Shown here: one piece after another, positions 38,925-49,064 of the stretch
Numbering within the stretch: the stretch's first letter is position 1
How the letters are laid out: the number at the start of each line of letters is the position of its first letter
DNA from: an uncultured Sphingomonadaceae bacterium
Lineage (GTDB): Bacteria; Pseudomonadota; Alphaproteobacteria; Sphingomonadales; Sphingomonadaceae
Assembly (NCBI GenBank): GCA_937995515.1
Contig: CALKJZ010000007.1
Span: 12,004-76,003 of the forward strand
DNA length: 64,000 nt
Reading direction: 5' to 3'
Notes under the pieces: generated by a model
Databases searched by the model: none
What the model was told of the DNA's origin: nothing
Seen by the model: only the letters and a program-made list of their open reading frames with translations
Translations under genes and position numbers: made by a program

Positions 38925-39053
38925 CGCCTGTCTCCCCATCTCCCCGACGGTGGCACAATAGCTGCAAAAGGGCCGGCTGAACATGCCCGGTGCTTGTGCG
39001 GATGCTCCGGGGCCGCCACACATGGCGCAGGCACGGATGATGAGGGCAAGGCC

Positions 39054-40580
39054 ATGGCGGTTCGGGCGCGCGGGATCCTGGGGATGGTGCTGGCAGCAGC
39101 GGTGGTGGTGGCCGCATCCGCGCCGGCCGCGGCGGCGGAAGCGGCAGCGCCCCTGCCGGCGGCCGCGCTCGGCGAGATCCGCCAGCTGTTCGACGACTGG
39201 AAGCGCGACGCGCGCGCGCCGGGCCTGGTCTGGGGGGTCGTGCAGGGCGGCCGTCTCGTGGCGCTCGGGGCCGATGGCATCGCTGACGTGCGCACGGGCC
39301 GGCCCGTGACGGCCGACACCGCCTTCCGCATCGCCTCGATGAGCAAGGCGTTCACCGCGCTTGCCATCCTGATGGAGCGCGACGCCGGGCGGCTGCGGCT
39401 CGACGATCCGGCCCAGGCCCATGTGCCCGAGATGCGCAGCTGGCCGCCGGCGACCCCGGACAGCCCGCCGATCACCGTGCGCGATCTCCTGCACCACACC
39501 TCTGGCCATGTGACCGACAACCCCTGGGGCGATCGCCAGCAGGCCATGCCGGAGGCCGAATTTTCGGCCTATCTCGAAAAGGGGTTCCCGCGGTCGCGGG
39601 CCACGGGCACGGCCTATGAATATTCGAATGTCGGCTATGCGACCCTCGGGCGGATCGTGCAGAACAGCGCCGGCCGGGATTTCGCGCTCCATGTCGGCGA
39701 AACGCTGCTGAAGCCGCTCGGCATGGCCTCCACCACCTACGAGGTGCGAGCCGTGCCCAGAGACCGGCTGGCCCGCGGCTATCGCTGGCAGGATGCGCGC
39801 TGGGTTGAGGAGCCGGAAATGCCGCACGGCGCCTTTGGCGCCATGGGGGGGCTTGTGACAACGGCGAACGACTATGCGCGCTGGATCGCCTTCCTGCTGT
39901 CCGGATGGCCCGCAGGCGAGGTGCGCAAGACCGGGCCGGTCAGGGCCTCGACCCTGCGCGAGATGATGCAGGGCAACGGGTTTCCGGAATCGCGCCCCCG
40001 GCCGGGCCGCACGGCCGCGACCGGCTGCCGGCTGGCTGCCGTCTATGGCATGGGCCTTCGCGTTGCGCAGGATTGCGACCTCGGGCTCACCCTGTCGCAC
40101 GGCGGCGGCTATCCCGGCTATGGCTCGTTCATGCTCCTGCTGCCCGGGGCAGGGGTCGGCATCTTCGCCTTCTCCAACCGCACCTATGGCGCGCCGGCCG
40201 GGCCGGTCTGGGATGCAGCGCTCGTGCTGTTCCGCCACGGCCTGCTGAAGCCAGAGCCCATCCCCGTCTCGCCCATGCTCGCCGGCGCCTATGCGGCGGT
40301 TGCGCGCGTGTGGGCGCGTGCCGACATCGAGGCGGCCGGGCCGGAGCTTGCTATGAACATGCTGCTCGACAAGCCGGCGCGCATCTGGCGTGCGGAGCTG
40401 CAGGCGATGAAGGCCGATGCCGGGGCCTGCGACACCTCGGCGCCGATCCGGCCGACGGGTGCCCTTTCGGGCACATTCCTGTGGCGCTGCGCGACCGGGC
40501 GGATCACGGGCGAGCTGCTGCTCTCGCCCGAGGCAAGGCCCCGCATCCAGGAGCTTCGCCTCCGGCCCATGGCGCCCTGA
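39054..40580 (+). CDS. Secreted serine hydrolase (beta-lactamase / PBP4*-like family)
   Basis: Starts at ATG 39054 and has a signal peptide (GMVLAAAVVVAASAPAAAA). It carries an SxxK motif (IASMSKAFTA) and a YxN motif (YEYSNVGY). Confidence 0.85.
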   Translation: MAVRARGILGMVLAAAVVVAASAPAAAAEAAAPLPAAALGEIRQLFDDWKRDARAPGLVWGVVQGGRLVALGADGIADVRTGRPVTADTAFRIASMSKAFTALAILMERDAGRLRLDDPAQAHVPEMRSWPPATPDSPPITVRDLLHHTSGHVTDNPWGDRQQAMPEAEFSAYLEKGFPRSRATGTAYEYSNVGYATLGRIVQNSAGRDFALHVGETLLKPLGMASTTYEVRAVPRDRLARGYRWQDARWVEEPEMPHGAFGAMGGLVTTANDYARWIAFLLSGWPAGEVRKTGPVRASTLREMMQGNGFPESRPRPGRTAATGCRLAAVYGMGLRVAQDCDLGLTLSHGGGYPGYGSFMLLLPGAGVGIFAFSNRTYGAPAGPVWDAALVLFRHGLLKPEPIPVSPMLAGAYAAVARVWARADIEAAGPELAMNMLLDKPARIWRAELQAMKADAGACDTSAPIRPTGALSGTFLWRCATGRITGELLLSPEARPRIQELRLRPMAP

Positions 40581-40620
40581 CGGGGCGGCGCCCATTGCGC
40601 GAGCGGGGCTGCAATCCGAC

Positions 40621-42090
40621 ATGGGGCTGATGAGGACCGACCCTCTCGCCCCGGCCGGCCCGGGCTTTGCGTTCGACAACAGCTATGCGCGCCTGCCGGA
40701 AGGCCTCTATGCGCGCGTGGCGCCCACGCACGTCCGGGCGCCGCGCCTCGTGCTTCTGAACGAGGCGCTTGCCCACGCACTCGGCCTCGATGCCGACTGG
40801 CTTGCCTCTCCCGAAGGCGTGGCCGTGCTTGCCGGCAATGCGCCGGCACCGGGCGGGGCGCCGATCGCCCAGGCCTATGCCGGGCACCAGTTCGGCCACT
40901 TTGCCATGCTGGGCGACGGCCGCGCGCACCTTCTTGGCGAACAGATCGCCCCCGATGGCCGCCGCTTCGACATCCATCTGAAGGGCTCGGGCCAGACCCC
41001 CTTCTCGCGCAGCGGCGACGGGCGGGCGGCCCTCGGGCCGATGCTGCGCGAATATCTGGTCTCGGAGGCCATGCACGCGCTCGGCATTCCGACCACGCGC
41101 AGCCTTGCCGTGATTGCCACCGGCGAGCCGGTGCTGCGCGACGCTGTCCTGCCGGGCGCCATCCTGGTCAGGGTTGCCGCCTCGCATATTCGGGTGGGCA
41201 CCTTCCAGTTCGCGCGCGCAACCGGCCAGCGGCCCCTTCTTGAGGCCCTGCTGTCCCACGCGATTGCCCGCCACGACCCGGAGCTTGCCGGCGCCGCCCG
41301 GCCGGCGCTTGCCTTCCTCGAGGCAGTGATGGCGCGCCAGGCGGCTCTGGTTGCGCGCTGGATGGCGGTCGGCTTCGTCCACGGCGTGATGAACACCGAC
41401 AACATGGCCGTCTCCGGCGAGACGATCGACTACGGACCGTGCGCCTTCATCGACCGCTTCGACCCGGCGACCGTCTTTTCCTCGATCGATCGCGGCGGCC
41501 GCTATGCCTATGCCAACCAGCCGCGGATCGCGCACTGGAACCTCGCGCGGCTGGCCGAAGCCCTGCTGCCGCTTGTCGACCCCAACGAGGCGCGCGCGGT
41601 CGAGCTGGCAACAGAGGCGATCCACCGTTTCCCAGCGCTGTTCGAAGCCGAATGGCTGGCCCTGTTCCGCGCCAAGCTTGGGCTTGCCGGCGCCGAGGCG
41701 GAAGACCGGCTGCTTGCCGAGGATTTTCTGGCGGGCCTGCACGCGGGCGGGCTGGATTTCACGGCCTCGTTTGCCGAACTGGCCCGCGGCCGGCCGCCCG
41801 CGCATCCGGCGCTCGCAGACTGGGTCGGGCGCTGGGAGGCGCGGCTTTCGCGTGCGCAAGAGCCGCGCGCTGCGGCGCTGCAGCGGATGCAGGCGGCAAG
41901 CCCGGCGGTGATCCCGCGCAACCATGCCGTGGAGGCGGCGCTTGCAGCGGCCGCCGCGGGCGATCTCGCGCCGGCGCACAGGCTCCTTGCCGCGCTCGCA
42001 AGGCCCCACGACCACGAGGGCGCTGACCCAGCACTTGCGGCTGCGCCGCCCGCGCCCGCCCAGCCCTACCGCACCTTCTGCGGCACCTGA
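40621..42090 (+). CDS. selO: Protein adenylyltransferase SelO (YdiU family)
   Basis: Starts at ATG 40621. Signatures: FDNSYARLPE, AQAYAGHQFGHFAMLGDGRAHLLGE, HLKGSGQTPFSR, LREYLVSEAMHALGIPTTRSLAV, VRVAASHIRVGTFQ and HGVMNTDNMAVSGETIDYGPCAF. Confidence 0.9.
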   Translation: MGLMRTDPLAPAGPGFAFDNSYARLPEGLYARVAPTHVRAPRLVLLNEALAHALGLDADWLASPEGVAVLAGNAPAPGGAPIAQAYAGHQFGHFAMLGDGRAHLLGEQIAPDGRRFDIHLKGSGQTPFSRSGDGRAALGPMLREYLVSEAMHALGIPTTRSLAVIATGEPVLRDAVLPGAILVRVAASHIRVGTFQFARATGQRPLLEALLSHAIARHDPELAGAARPALAFLEAVMARQAALVARWMAVGFVHGVMNTDNMAVSGETIDYGPCAFIDRFDPATVFSSIDRGGRYAYANQPRIAHWNLARLAEALLPLVDPNEARAVELATEAIHRFPALFEAEWLALFRAKLGLAGAEAEDRLLAEDFLAGLHAGGLDFTASFAELARGRPPAHPALADWVGRWEARLSRAQEPRAAALQRMQAASPAVIPRNHAVEAALAAAAAGDLAPAHRLLAALARPHDHEGADPALAAAPPAPAQPYRTFCGT

Positions 42091-42407
42091 TCAGCCGGGG
42101 CCCCGCCCGCGCCGGTACGCAGCGCCTTGATGGCCGCCTTGGAGAGCACGTGCGCCACGACCGGCGCGGTGATGAACAGGAACAGGGAGATCGCAAGCTC
42201 GCCGAGCTTGGCCTGCCCGGCCACCGCGCTCGAATGGACGAGGAGCGCCACCACCACCGAGCCGACGCCCAACGTTGTGGCCTTGGTGGGGGCATGAAGG
42301 CGCATGAAGAAATCCGGCAACCTTGCAAGGCCGATCGAGCCGACCAGCGCAAAGAAACCGCCGACGAGGAGAAGCGCCGAGACAAGGAGTTCGACCCAGA
42401 GGCTCAT
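42066..42407 (-). CDS. phaG: Monovalent cation/H+ antiporter subunit G
   Basis: Starts at ATG 42407 (MSLWVELLVSALLLVGGFFALVGSIGLARLPDFFMRLHAPTKATTLG...). It is the last gene of the pha/mrp operon and its 3' end overlaps selO convergently by 25 nt. Confidence 0.85.
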   Translation of the reverse strand: MSLWVELLVSALLLVGGFFALVGSIGLARLPDFFMRLHAPTKATTLGVGSVVVALLVHSSAVAGQAKLGELAISLFLFITAPVVAHVLSKAAIKALRTGAGGAPADQVPQKVR

Positions 42408-42673
42408 TCGATGATGTCTCCGCCGAGCAGGAACTTGGAAAGGGCAACGGTGCCGACAAAGCCCATCATCGCAATCAGCAGCGCGGCCTCGAAATAGACC
42501 TTGGTGCCGATCGCGATGCCGAGCAGCATCACGATGCCGATCACATTGATGGTGAGCGTGTCGAGCGCGAGGATCCGGTCGACGGCATCGGGTCCGCGCA
42601 CCAGCCGCCAGAGGTTCAGGAGGATCGCGCCGGCCAGCATCGCATAGGTGAGCGGCACGACGATCGTCAGCAT
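42404..42673 (-). CDS. phaF: Monovalent cation/H+ antiporter subunit F
   Basis: An 89-aa protein with 3 TM helices (RLVRGPDAVDRILALDTLTINVIGIV...). It overlaps both neighbouring genes by a few nt. Confidence 0.85.
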   Translation of the reverse strand: MLTIVVPLTYAMLAGAILLNLWRLVRGPDAVDRILALDTLTINVIGIVMLLGIAIGTKVYFEAALLIAMMGFVGTVALSKFLLGGDIIE

Positions 42674-43176
42674 CCGAAGATCTCCATAAGGGGCGCCTCA
42701 TAGCGGGCCTTGATGTTGGCGATGGTTGCCGCCTCATCCTCGACATTGAGCCCGTGGACGAAGAGGTGCGTGGCCCGGCCCTCGGCATCGCGGACGATCT
42801 CGACCGAAACCGTGCCCGGCGTGAGCGAGACCGTGCTGCCGAGCAGGGTTGCCACGAACGGATGGCGGACATCGAGCGGCACGGTGAAGAAGCGCGGGTG
42901 GATGCGCGAGACGGGCCCCAGCACGAGGCGCGCGACGTCCCAGTTGGCCACGACAATGTCGCCGCACACCTTCAGGAAATGCAGGGCCGCAAGGCCCGGC
43001 CGGCGCAGGCGCGGCCGGTCAGGCCAAAACGAATCGGTCAGGATTGGCAGCAGGATGCCGAGCGCGACTGCCATCACAAGGCTGTTGAGGGTGAACCGCG
43101 ATGCAAGCACCAGCCACAGCCCGGCAACCGCAACGCTGAGGGCAGGTGCCGGAAACAGGCGCGCGGCAAGGCTCAT
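42667..43176 (-). CDS. phaE: Monovalent cation/H+ antiporter subunit E
   Basis: Starts at ATG 43176 (MSLAARLFPAPALSV...). Contains VANWDVARLVLGP...TLLGSTVSLTPGTVSVEI, typical of MnhE/PhaE. Confidence 0.85.
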   Translation of the reverse strand: MSLAARLFPAPALSVAVAGLWLVLASRFTLNSLVMAVALGILLPILTDSFWPDRPRLRRPGLAALHFLKVCGDIVVANWDVARLVLGPVSRIHPRFFTVPLDVRHPFVATLLGSTVSLTPGTVSVEIVRDAEGRATHLFVHGLNVEDEAATIANIKARYEAPLMEIFGC

Positions 43177-44738
43177 GGCGCGGTCCTTTCCGGCTCGGGC
43201 GTGGGGCGCGTCTCGCGCTGGACCGGCCCGGTGCCGGCCACCACCGCCTCGAGGTAGGGGGTGCGGGCATGGAGTTCCACGGCCGTTGCGCGCGCGAAGG
43301 CCGAGACGGGTGCGGCGGCAAAGGTGAGGACCGGGCTTGCAGCCACCAGCAGGATGAGGGCAAGGCTTGCGACGGGCCCGATCCGCTGGGTTTCCACCGC
43401 CGAAGCCTGGTGCCCCTCCGGCTCCCAGAACAGGGTGCTGGCCACCCGCGCGAGCACAAGCGCGACGCCGAGGCCCGAGACCAGCAGCGTTGTCCACCAC
43501 GCCGCCTGCCAGCCCGGTGCGGCCGCGCCCTGGAGCAGCATGAGCTTTCCGATGAAGCCGGAAAGCGGCGGCAGGCCGGAGGCTGCGACAGCCATCACGA
43601 GGAAAGCAAAGCCGAGCGCCCACCGCCCGGCGATCACCGGCCCGCGCACCAGATGGTCTGCGATCGCCCCGCGCCGCAGCGCAATCGCGCCGGCAAGAAG
43701 GAAGAAGCCGCCGGTCACCAGCGTGGTGTGCGGCAGATAGTAGAGAAGGGCAGCGGTGGCCGCCTCGTCGGCCATGGCGATCGCAAACAGCAGCGTGCCC
43801 GAGGAGATCACCACCAGGTGGGCCACGACTGTGGCAAGCCGCCGCGCGGCGAAGGCGCCGATGGTGCCAAGCGCAATGGTGCCGAGCGCGAGCAGCGGCA
43901 GCCAGGGCAGGAACAGCCTTGCCGCCGCCCCGGCATCGCCAAGCGCCACGACCGAGACGCGCAGCAGCGCCACGATTCCCACCTTGGTCATCACGGCAAA
44001 GAGGATGGCGACCGGAACGGTTGCTGCCGCATAGACATGCGGCAGCCAGAAGCCGAGCGGCATGAGCGCCCCCTTCAGCAGGAAGACCAGCATCAGCAGC
44101 ATCAGCCCGGTGCGGACGAGCGGCAGGTCTTCGGCCGGCACGGCAGGCAGCAGCAGGGCCATGTCGGCAATGTTGAGCGTGCCCAGCGTGCCGTAGAGAA
44201 TGGCGATGGCCACGAGGAACATGGTCGAGCCGACGAGGTTCAGCACCACGTAGGAAAGGCCGGCACGCGCCCGCTCGGCGCCGCCGCCATGGACGAGCAG
44301 CGCATAGGAGGCAAGCAGCAGGATCTCGAAGCAGACAAACAGGTTGAAGATGTCGCCGGTCAGAAAGGCGCCGGCAAGGCCCGCAAGCTGCAGCTGGAAG
44401 ACCGTGTGGAAATGGCGGCCGCGCGCGTCGAAGCTGCCACCGCCTGCCGCCATCAGCAGCGCCGGCACGGCGAGCAGGAACACGAGGAGCACCATCAGCG
44501 CCGCCAGCCGGTCGACCACCAGCACGATGCCATAGGGCGGCGGCCAGTTGCCAAGCGCATAGACCGACATCACCCCGCCGGCTGCCTGGTGCAGCAGCAG
44601 CAGCGCGGCCGCGAGGCCGGCGAGCGTGCCGCCCATCGACACCGAGCGCTGCACGGCAAGCGGATGGCCGTGCAGCAGCATGAGCAGCGCCGCGGCAAGG
44701 AGCGGCACCAGGAACGGCAGGATGGGCAGGTGGCTCAT
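43173..44738 (-). CDS. phaD: Monovalent cation/H+ antiporter subunit D (NuoN/NuoM-like)
   Basis: Starts at ATG 44738 (MSHLPILPFLVPLL...). It is a polytopic protein with GDIFNLFVCFEILLLASYALL. Confidence 0.9.
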   Translation of the reverse strand: MSHLPILPFLVPLLAAALLMLLHGHPLAVQRSVSMGGTLAGLAAALLLLHQAAGGVMSVYALGNWPPPYGIVLVVDRLAALMVLLVFLLAVPALLMAAGGGSFDARGRHFHTVFQLQLAGLAGAFLTGDIFNLFVCFEILLLASYALLVHGGGAERARAGLSYVVLNLVGSTMFLVAIAILYGTLGTLNIADMALLLPAVPAEDLPLVRTGLMLLMLVFLLKGALMPLGFWLPHVYAAATVPVAILFAVMTKVGIVALLRVSVVALGDAGAAARLFLPWLPLLALGTIALGTIGAFAARRLATVVAHLVVISSGTLLFAIAMADEAATAALLYYLPHTTLVTGGFFLLAGAIALRRGAIADHLVRGPVIAGRWALGFAFLVMAVAASGLPPLSGFIGKLMLLQGAAAPGWQAAWWTTLLVSGLGVALVLARVASTLFWEPEGHQASAVETQRIGPVASLALILLVAASPVLTFAAAPVSAFARATAVELHARTPYLEAVVAGTGPVQRETRPTPEPERTAP

Positions 44739-45079
44739 GGCCGCTCGTCCCCGTCGCCGGCCCGGCCGTCGATCCGGTCCGTGCCGGTGTCGCCGAGCGC
44801 CCTGAGCGCGAGCGCGACCAGATAGGCGGTCATGCCGAAGCTGATGACGATGGCTGTCAGCACCAGCGCCTGCGGCAGCGGGTCCGCCCATCCCGAAGTG
44901 CCCTTGAGCGTGAGCGGCGGCGAGGTGCGGTCGATCCGGCCGGCCACGAAGATGAGAAAGTTGATCGCATAGGCCATGAGCGTGAGCCCGAGCACCACGG
45001 AAAAGCTGGTCGGCCGGAGCACGAGCCACGCGCCTGCACCCATGAGCAGGCCGACGCCGAGCGAGACGATCGTCTCCAT
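44735..45079 (-). CDS. phaC: Monovalent cation/H+ antiporter subunit C (NuoK-like)
   Basis: Starts at ATG 45079 (METIVSLGVGLLMGAGAWLVLRP...ALVLTAIVISFGMTAYLV). Confidence 0.9.
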   Translation of the reverse strand: METIVSLGVGLLMGAGAWLVLRPTSFSVVLGLTLMAYAINFLIFVAGRIDRTSPPLTLKGTSGWADPLPQALVLTAIVISFGMTAYLVALALRALGDTGTDRIDGRAGDGDERP

Positions 45080-45083
45080 GGGC

Positions 45084-47981
45084 TCAGCTCCCCCCGGCGA
45101 CGGCGGCAACCGGTGCCGCCGCGGGCTGGGCCTCCCGGTCGTGAGGCACAGGTGCGGGCGCGCCGGGTTCGGGCGCGGGTGCGGCCTCGTGCGCCTCGCG
45201 GGTCGACATCTGGCCGAGCTCGGTCAAAACCAGCACGATCGAGGCGATGACGACGAGATAGATGCCGAGATCGAACACCAGCGCGGAGGCCAGCTCCACC
45301 GGCTCCATCAGCGGCGGATAGACGTAGGTGAAGCCGCTCGTCAGGAAGGGCAGGCCGAGAACCATGCTCGCAATCCCGGCAAGCGAGGCAATGCCGAGCC
45401 CTGCGCCCAGCATGCGCACAAAATCGGCGCGCACGCGCTCCTGTGCGAAGGCGATCCCGGCTGCGAGATACTGGAGCACGATGGCGACCGCTGCGATCAG
45501 CCCGGCGATGAAGCCGCCGCCCGGCAGGTTGTGCCCGCGCAGGAAGATGTAGACCGAAACCGCAAGCACGAGCGGCAACATGGGCTGCATCATCTGTCGC
45601 AGCATCACCGGCAGGCGGTCGGCATCGCCTTGCGCATTGCCGACGCGCGGCCTGAGGCTGAGGCCGGCGAGCAATGCCTGCGCGCCGAGCGCGGCGATGG
45701 CGAGCACCGCAATCTCGCCCAGCGTGTCGAAGCCGCGGAAATCGACAAGGATCACGTTGACAACGTTGGTGCCGCCGCCGAGGGGCTTGGCCGCGGCCAG
45801 GTGATAGGCGGAGATGGTCTCGAACGGGCGGGTGAGCATCGCATAGGACAGCGCGGCTGTGCCACCGCCGATGCCGGCGGCAAGCCAGCCGTCGCGCCAG
45901 GCGCGCTGGCCGTCGGCCTCGGGGCCTGCCTGTTGCGGAAGGTAGCGAAGCGCCAGCAGCAGGAGCATGATCGCGGCGACCTCGACCGACAGCTGGGTGA
46001 GCGCGAGATCGGGCCCCGAGAAGCGCACGAAGGCCAGCGCGACGATGAGGCCTGCCACCGAGAGGAAGACGATGGCGGCCAGCCGCTGCCGGTGCAGCAC
46101 AGCAACGCCAAGCGTGCCCACCACGAGTGCGGCAAAGGCCAGGAGTGCCGGCGCATCCGGTGCCGTGGGGGCAAGCGGGCCGGCAAGCCCGCGCAGCCCG
46201 CCCGCACCAACCAGCCACGCCCAGGCGCCAAGCGCAAGGCCGGCTGCCAGCACGAGACCGACATACTGGCGCGGGCTGTTGCGGTCGAGGCGGGCCATCG
46301 CCAGCGCGGCTGCGCCGCTCAGGCGGGCATAGAGCCGCTCGAAGGCAACCGGGCTCGAGATCTCGAGCGCGAAGCGCTCGTGCAGCGTCATCACCCGGTC
46401 GCGGCTCCAGTAGTAGAAAAGGCCGCCGCCCAGTGCCACGATGCTCATCACCAGCGGCAGGTTGAAGCCGTGCCAGATGGCGAGCTTGATGGGGGGCAGG
46501 TCGGTCTGCAGCACCGCGGCCGAGGCCGCCTTCAGGAGATCGCCCACGATCAGCTGCGGGAGAATGCCGACTGCGAGCACGAGGACCACCAGCAGCTCGA
46601 CCGGCAGGCGCATGAACCGGGGCGGCTCCTTCGGGGTCTTGGGCAGGTCCACCGGCTCGCCGTTGTAGAACACGTCGTGCACGAAGCGGGCCGAATAGGC
46701 GACCGACATCAGCCCGCCGACCACGCCGACGGCTGGCAGGATCAGGGCGCCCACGCCCTCGAAGGCCGGGTGCGCGACCGTTTCGGCAAAAAACATCTCC
46801 TTCGAGAGGAATCCGTTCAGGAACGGCACGCCGGCCATGGAGGCTGCGGCCACGATGCCGAGCGCTGCCGTGACCGGCATGTATTTTGCAAGGCCGTTGA
46901 TCTTGCGCATGTCGCGCGAGCCGGTCTCGACGTCGATGATCCCGGCGGCCATGAACAGCGAGGCCTTGAAGACGGCGTGGTTGATGATGTGAAAGACTGC
47001 CGCAACCGCGCTCGTCGGCGTGTCAAGGCCAAGCATCAGGGTGATGAGGCCGAGGTGGCTGATCGTCGAATAGGCGAGCAGACCTTTGAAATCATGCTTC
47101 AGGAGCGCAAGATAGGCACCGAGGAGGAAGGTGATGGCACCTGTCGTCACCACCAGCCCGAACCACAGCTCGTTGCCCGAGAGCGCAGGGTAGAGCCGCG
47201 CGAGCAGGAACACGCCGGCCTTCACCATGGTTGCCGAGTGGAGATAGGCCGAAACCGGGGTGGGCGCCGCCATCGCATTGGGCAGCCAGAAGTGGAAGGG
47301 AAACTGCGCCGACTTGGTGAAGGCCCCCAGCAGCACCAAAACCAGCATCAGCGGGAAGCGCGGGTCGGCACGCAGCGCCTCGCCAGAGGCAAGGATCACG
47401 GACAGCTCGTAGGAGCCGGCCATGTCGCCGAGGATCAGAAGGCCGGCAAGGAGCGCGAGCCCGCCGCCGCCAGTTACGGCGAGCGCCATGCGGGCGCCGA
47501 TCCGGCTGTCGTGATACTGCGACTTGTAGGCGATGAGCAGGAAGGAGGTGAGGCTCGTCACTTCCCAGAACAGCAGCATCAGCAGCACATTCTCGGCGAG
47601 CACCACCCCCAGCATGCCGCCAGCGAAGGCAAGGAGGGTGCCGAGAAAGCGCGCCAGCCGGTCGGTCTGCGGCAGGTAATAGGCGGCATAAAGCACGATC
47701 AGGATGCCGATGCCATAGATGAGAAGTGCGAAGAGGAAGCTGAGGCCGTCCATCCTGAGCGCAAGGTCAAGCCCCCATTCCGGAAGCCAGGGCTCGGCAA
47801 CGACGAGCGTTTCGCCCGCCAGAACGGCGGGCGCAAACCATGCAAGAAGCGCCACCCCGGCGGCCATCGCGAGGCCGGCCACGATCGCAACCGCCTGCCG
47901 CCCCGCGGGTGCCACCGCGACGACGACCGGCACCGCCAGGAACGGCAGGAGCAGGAGCAGGGCGAGCGGAACGGACGACAT
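45084..47981 (-). CDS. phaAB: Fused monovalent cation/H+ antiporter subunits A and B
   Basis: A 965-aa protein with a NuoL-like N-terminal part (WEVTSLTSFLLI, YLHSATMVKAGVFLLARL). The C-terminal MnhB-like part follows (GGTNVVNVILVDFRGFDTLGEI). Confidence 0.9.
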   Translation of the reverse strand: MSSVPLALLLLLPFLAVPVVVAVAPAGRQAVAIVAGLAMAAGVALLAWFAPAVLAGETLVVAEPWLPEWGLDLALRMDGLSFLFALLIYGIGILIVLYAAYYLPQTDRLARFLGTLLAFAGGMLGVVLAENVLLMLLFWEVTSLTSFLLIAYKSQYHDSRIGARMALAVTGGGGLALLAGLLILGDMAGSYELSVILASGEALRADPRFPLMLVLVLLGAFTKSAQFPFHFWLPNAMAAPTPVSAYLHSATMVKAGVFLLARLYPALSGNELWFGLVVTTGAITFLLGAYLALLKHDFKGLLAYSTISHLGLITLMLGLDTPTSAVAAVFHIINHAVFKASLFMAAGIIDVETGSRDMRKINGLAKYMPVTAALGIVAAASMAGVPFLNGFLSKEMFFAETVAHPAFEGVGALILPAVGVVGGLMSVAYSARFVHDVFYNGEPVDLPKTPKEPPRFMRLPVELLVVLVLAVGILPQLIVGDLLKAASAAVLQTDLPPIKLAIWHGFNLPLVMSIVALGGGLFYYWSRDRVMTLHERFALEISSPVAFERLYARLSGAAALAMARLDRNSPRQYVGLVLAAGLALGAWAWLVGAGGLRGLAGPLAPTAPDAPALLAFAALVVGTLGVAVLHRQRLAAIVFLSVAGLIVALAFVRFSGPDLALTQLSVEVAAIMLLLLALRYLPQQAGPEADGQRAWRDGWLAAGIGGGTAALSYAMLTRPFETISAYHLAAAKPLGGGTNVVNVILVDFRGFDTLGEIAVLAIAALGAQALLAGLSLRPRVGNAQGDADRLPVMLRQMMQPMLPLVLAVSVYIFLRGHNLPGGGFIAGLIAAVAIVLQYLAAGIAFAQERVRADFVRMLGAGLGIASLAGIASMVLGLPFLTSGFTYVYPPLMEPVELASALVFDLGIYLVVIASIVLVLTELGQMSTREAHEAAPAPEPGAPAPVPHDREAQPAAAPVAAVAGGS

Positions 47982-48063
47982 GGCCCGACGCCAGCTAGGT
48001 CAGCCGAGGCCGTTCGTCGAGGGGAACCGCTCGCAAATCAGAGGGTTTGGCCCCGATTTTTCG

Positions 48064-48978
48064 CTACCGGCCGGTTTGCCCGGCGCCGGCGAGGAAATCG
48101 GCGGCGCCATCCGGTATCGGGCAGGGCGGCTGGCTTTCGACCGGAATGGCCGACAGAACCCGGCCGTGGCCGAGCGCGCGCAGCTGGTGCCTGACCCCGT
48201 GCCCGCCGAGGATGTGGCCGCTGCCCATCACGGCGACAATCCGCGCCTCCGGCCGCTCGGCCAGCGCTTTGGCAATGCCTTCGGCCATCGCGCGGTCCCA
48301 GCTCGCCTGGGCCAGGACGAAGCGCGCAAGGAGGTCTTCGTCAGGCGCCTTGCCGTGCATGGCAAAGGCGCCGCGCAGCATCTCCACATAGGCCGGCGGG
48401 GGCGGCGCCGGGCGGCCGATCGGCGCCCCGTGCGCGGCGCTTGCAGCCTCGAACCCCTCGCGGGCGACCGTGCGCACGAAGGCGCGATCGACATTGACCG
48501 CGCGCATTGGGAGCCTCCGGGCACGCGCAAGCGCGAACAGCGGGCGGTATGCCCCGAAATCATGGCCCCACGTCCGCTGCCAGTCGCTCGCCTCGAGAAA
48601 GGCCGCCTCGTCGAGCCGCCCTTCGACCCAGGCATCGAGCGCCGGCTGGGCCGCGCGCGGCAGCTGTTCGAGCGCAACGACAAGCGGCCGGCCATCGGCT
48701 GCGAGCGCGGCCACGACATCGGCCTGCCAGCGATGGTGCGCGGGCGTTGCGTGCGTCTCTCCCAGCAGCACCACCCGCGCCTGCGCCAGCGCCGCAAGCG
48801 CCTCTGCAGCCGGAACCTCGCGCCCGTCCGCTGCCACCCAGGCGCCCTCGGGCGCGCACCGGCCGGAAGCGGCCGCGGCAGGCCCTGCAAGGTCGGCCGC
48901 GCGGGCGGCCTGTGTGCCACCCACCGTGCCAACCTGGGCGCCAAGGACGAGAAGGGCTGCGAGCAGGGAACGGATCAT
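48064..48978 (-). CDS. ChaN-family (Tiki/erythromycin-esterase-like) periplasmic protein, possibly heme/iron related
   Basis: Has a signal peptide (LLAALLVLGAQVG). ChaN-type motifs: VVLLGETHATPAHHRWQ, RAVNVDR and VAVMGSGH. Confidence 0.7.
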   Translation of the reverse strand: MIRSLLAALLVLGAQVGTVGGTQAARAADLAGPAAAASGRCAPEGAWVAADGREVPAAEALAALAQARVVLLGETHATPAHHRWQADVVAALAADGRPLVVALEQLPRAAQPALDAWVEGRLDEAAFLEASDWQRTWGHDFGAYRPLFALARARRLPMRAVNVDRAFVRTVAREGFEAASAAHGAPIGRPAPPPPAYVEMLRGAFAMHGKAPDEDLLARFVLAQASWDRAMAEGIAKALAERPEARIVAVMGSGHILGGHGVRHQLRALGHGRVLSAIPVESQPPCPIPDGAADFLAGAGQTGR

Positions 48979-49064
48979 GCCCCACTATCGGCCGGCCGGG
49001 GCGCCCGGGCAATGTTCCTTCACAGCATTGTGGCAGGGTGTGATCGCAGCTGAGGAGACGGGAC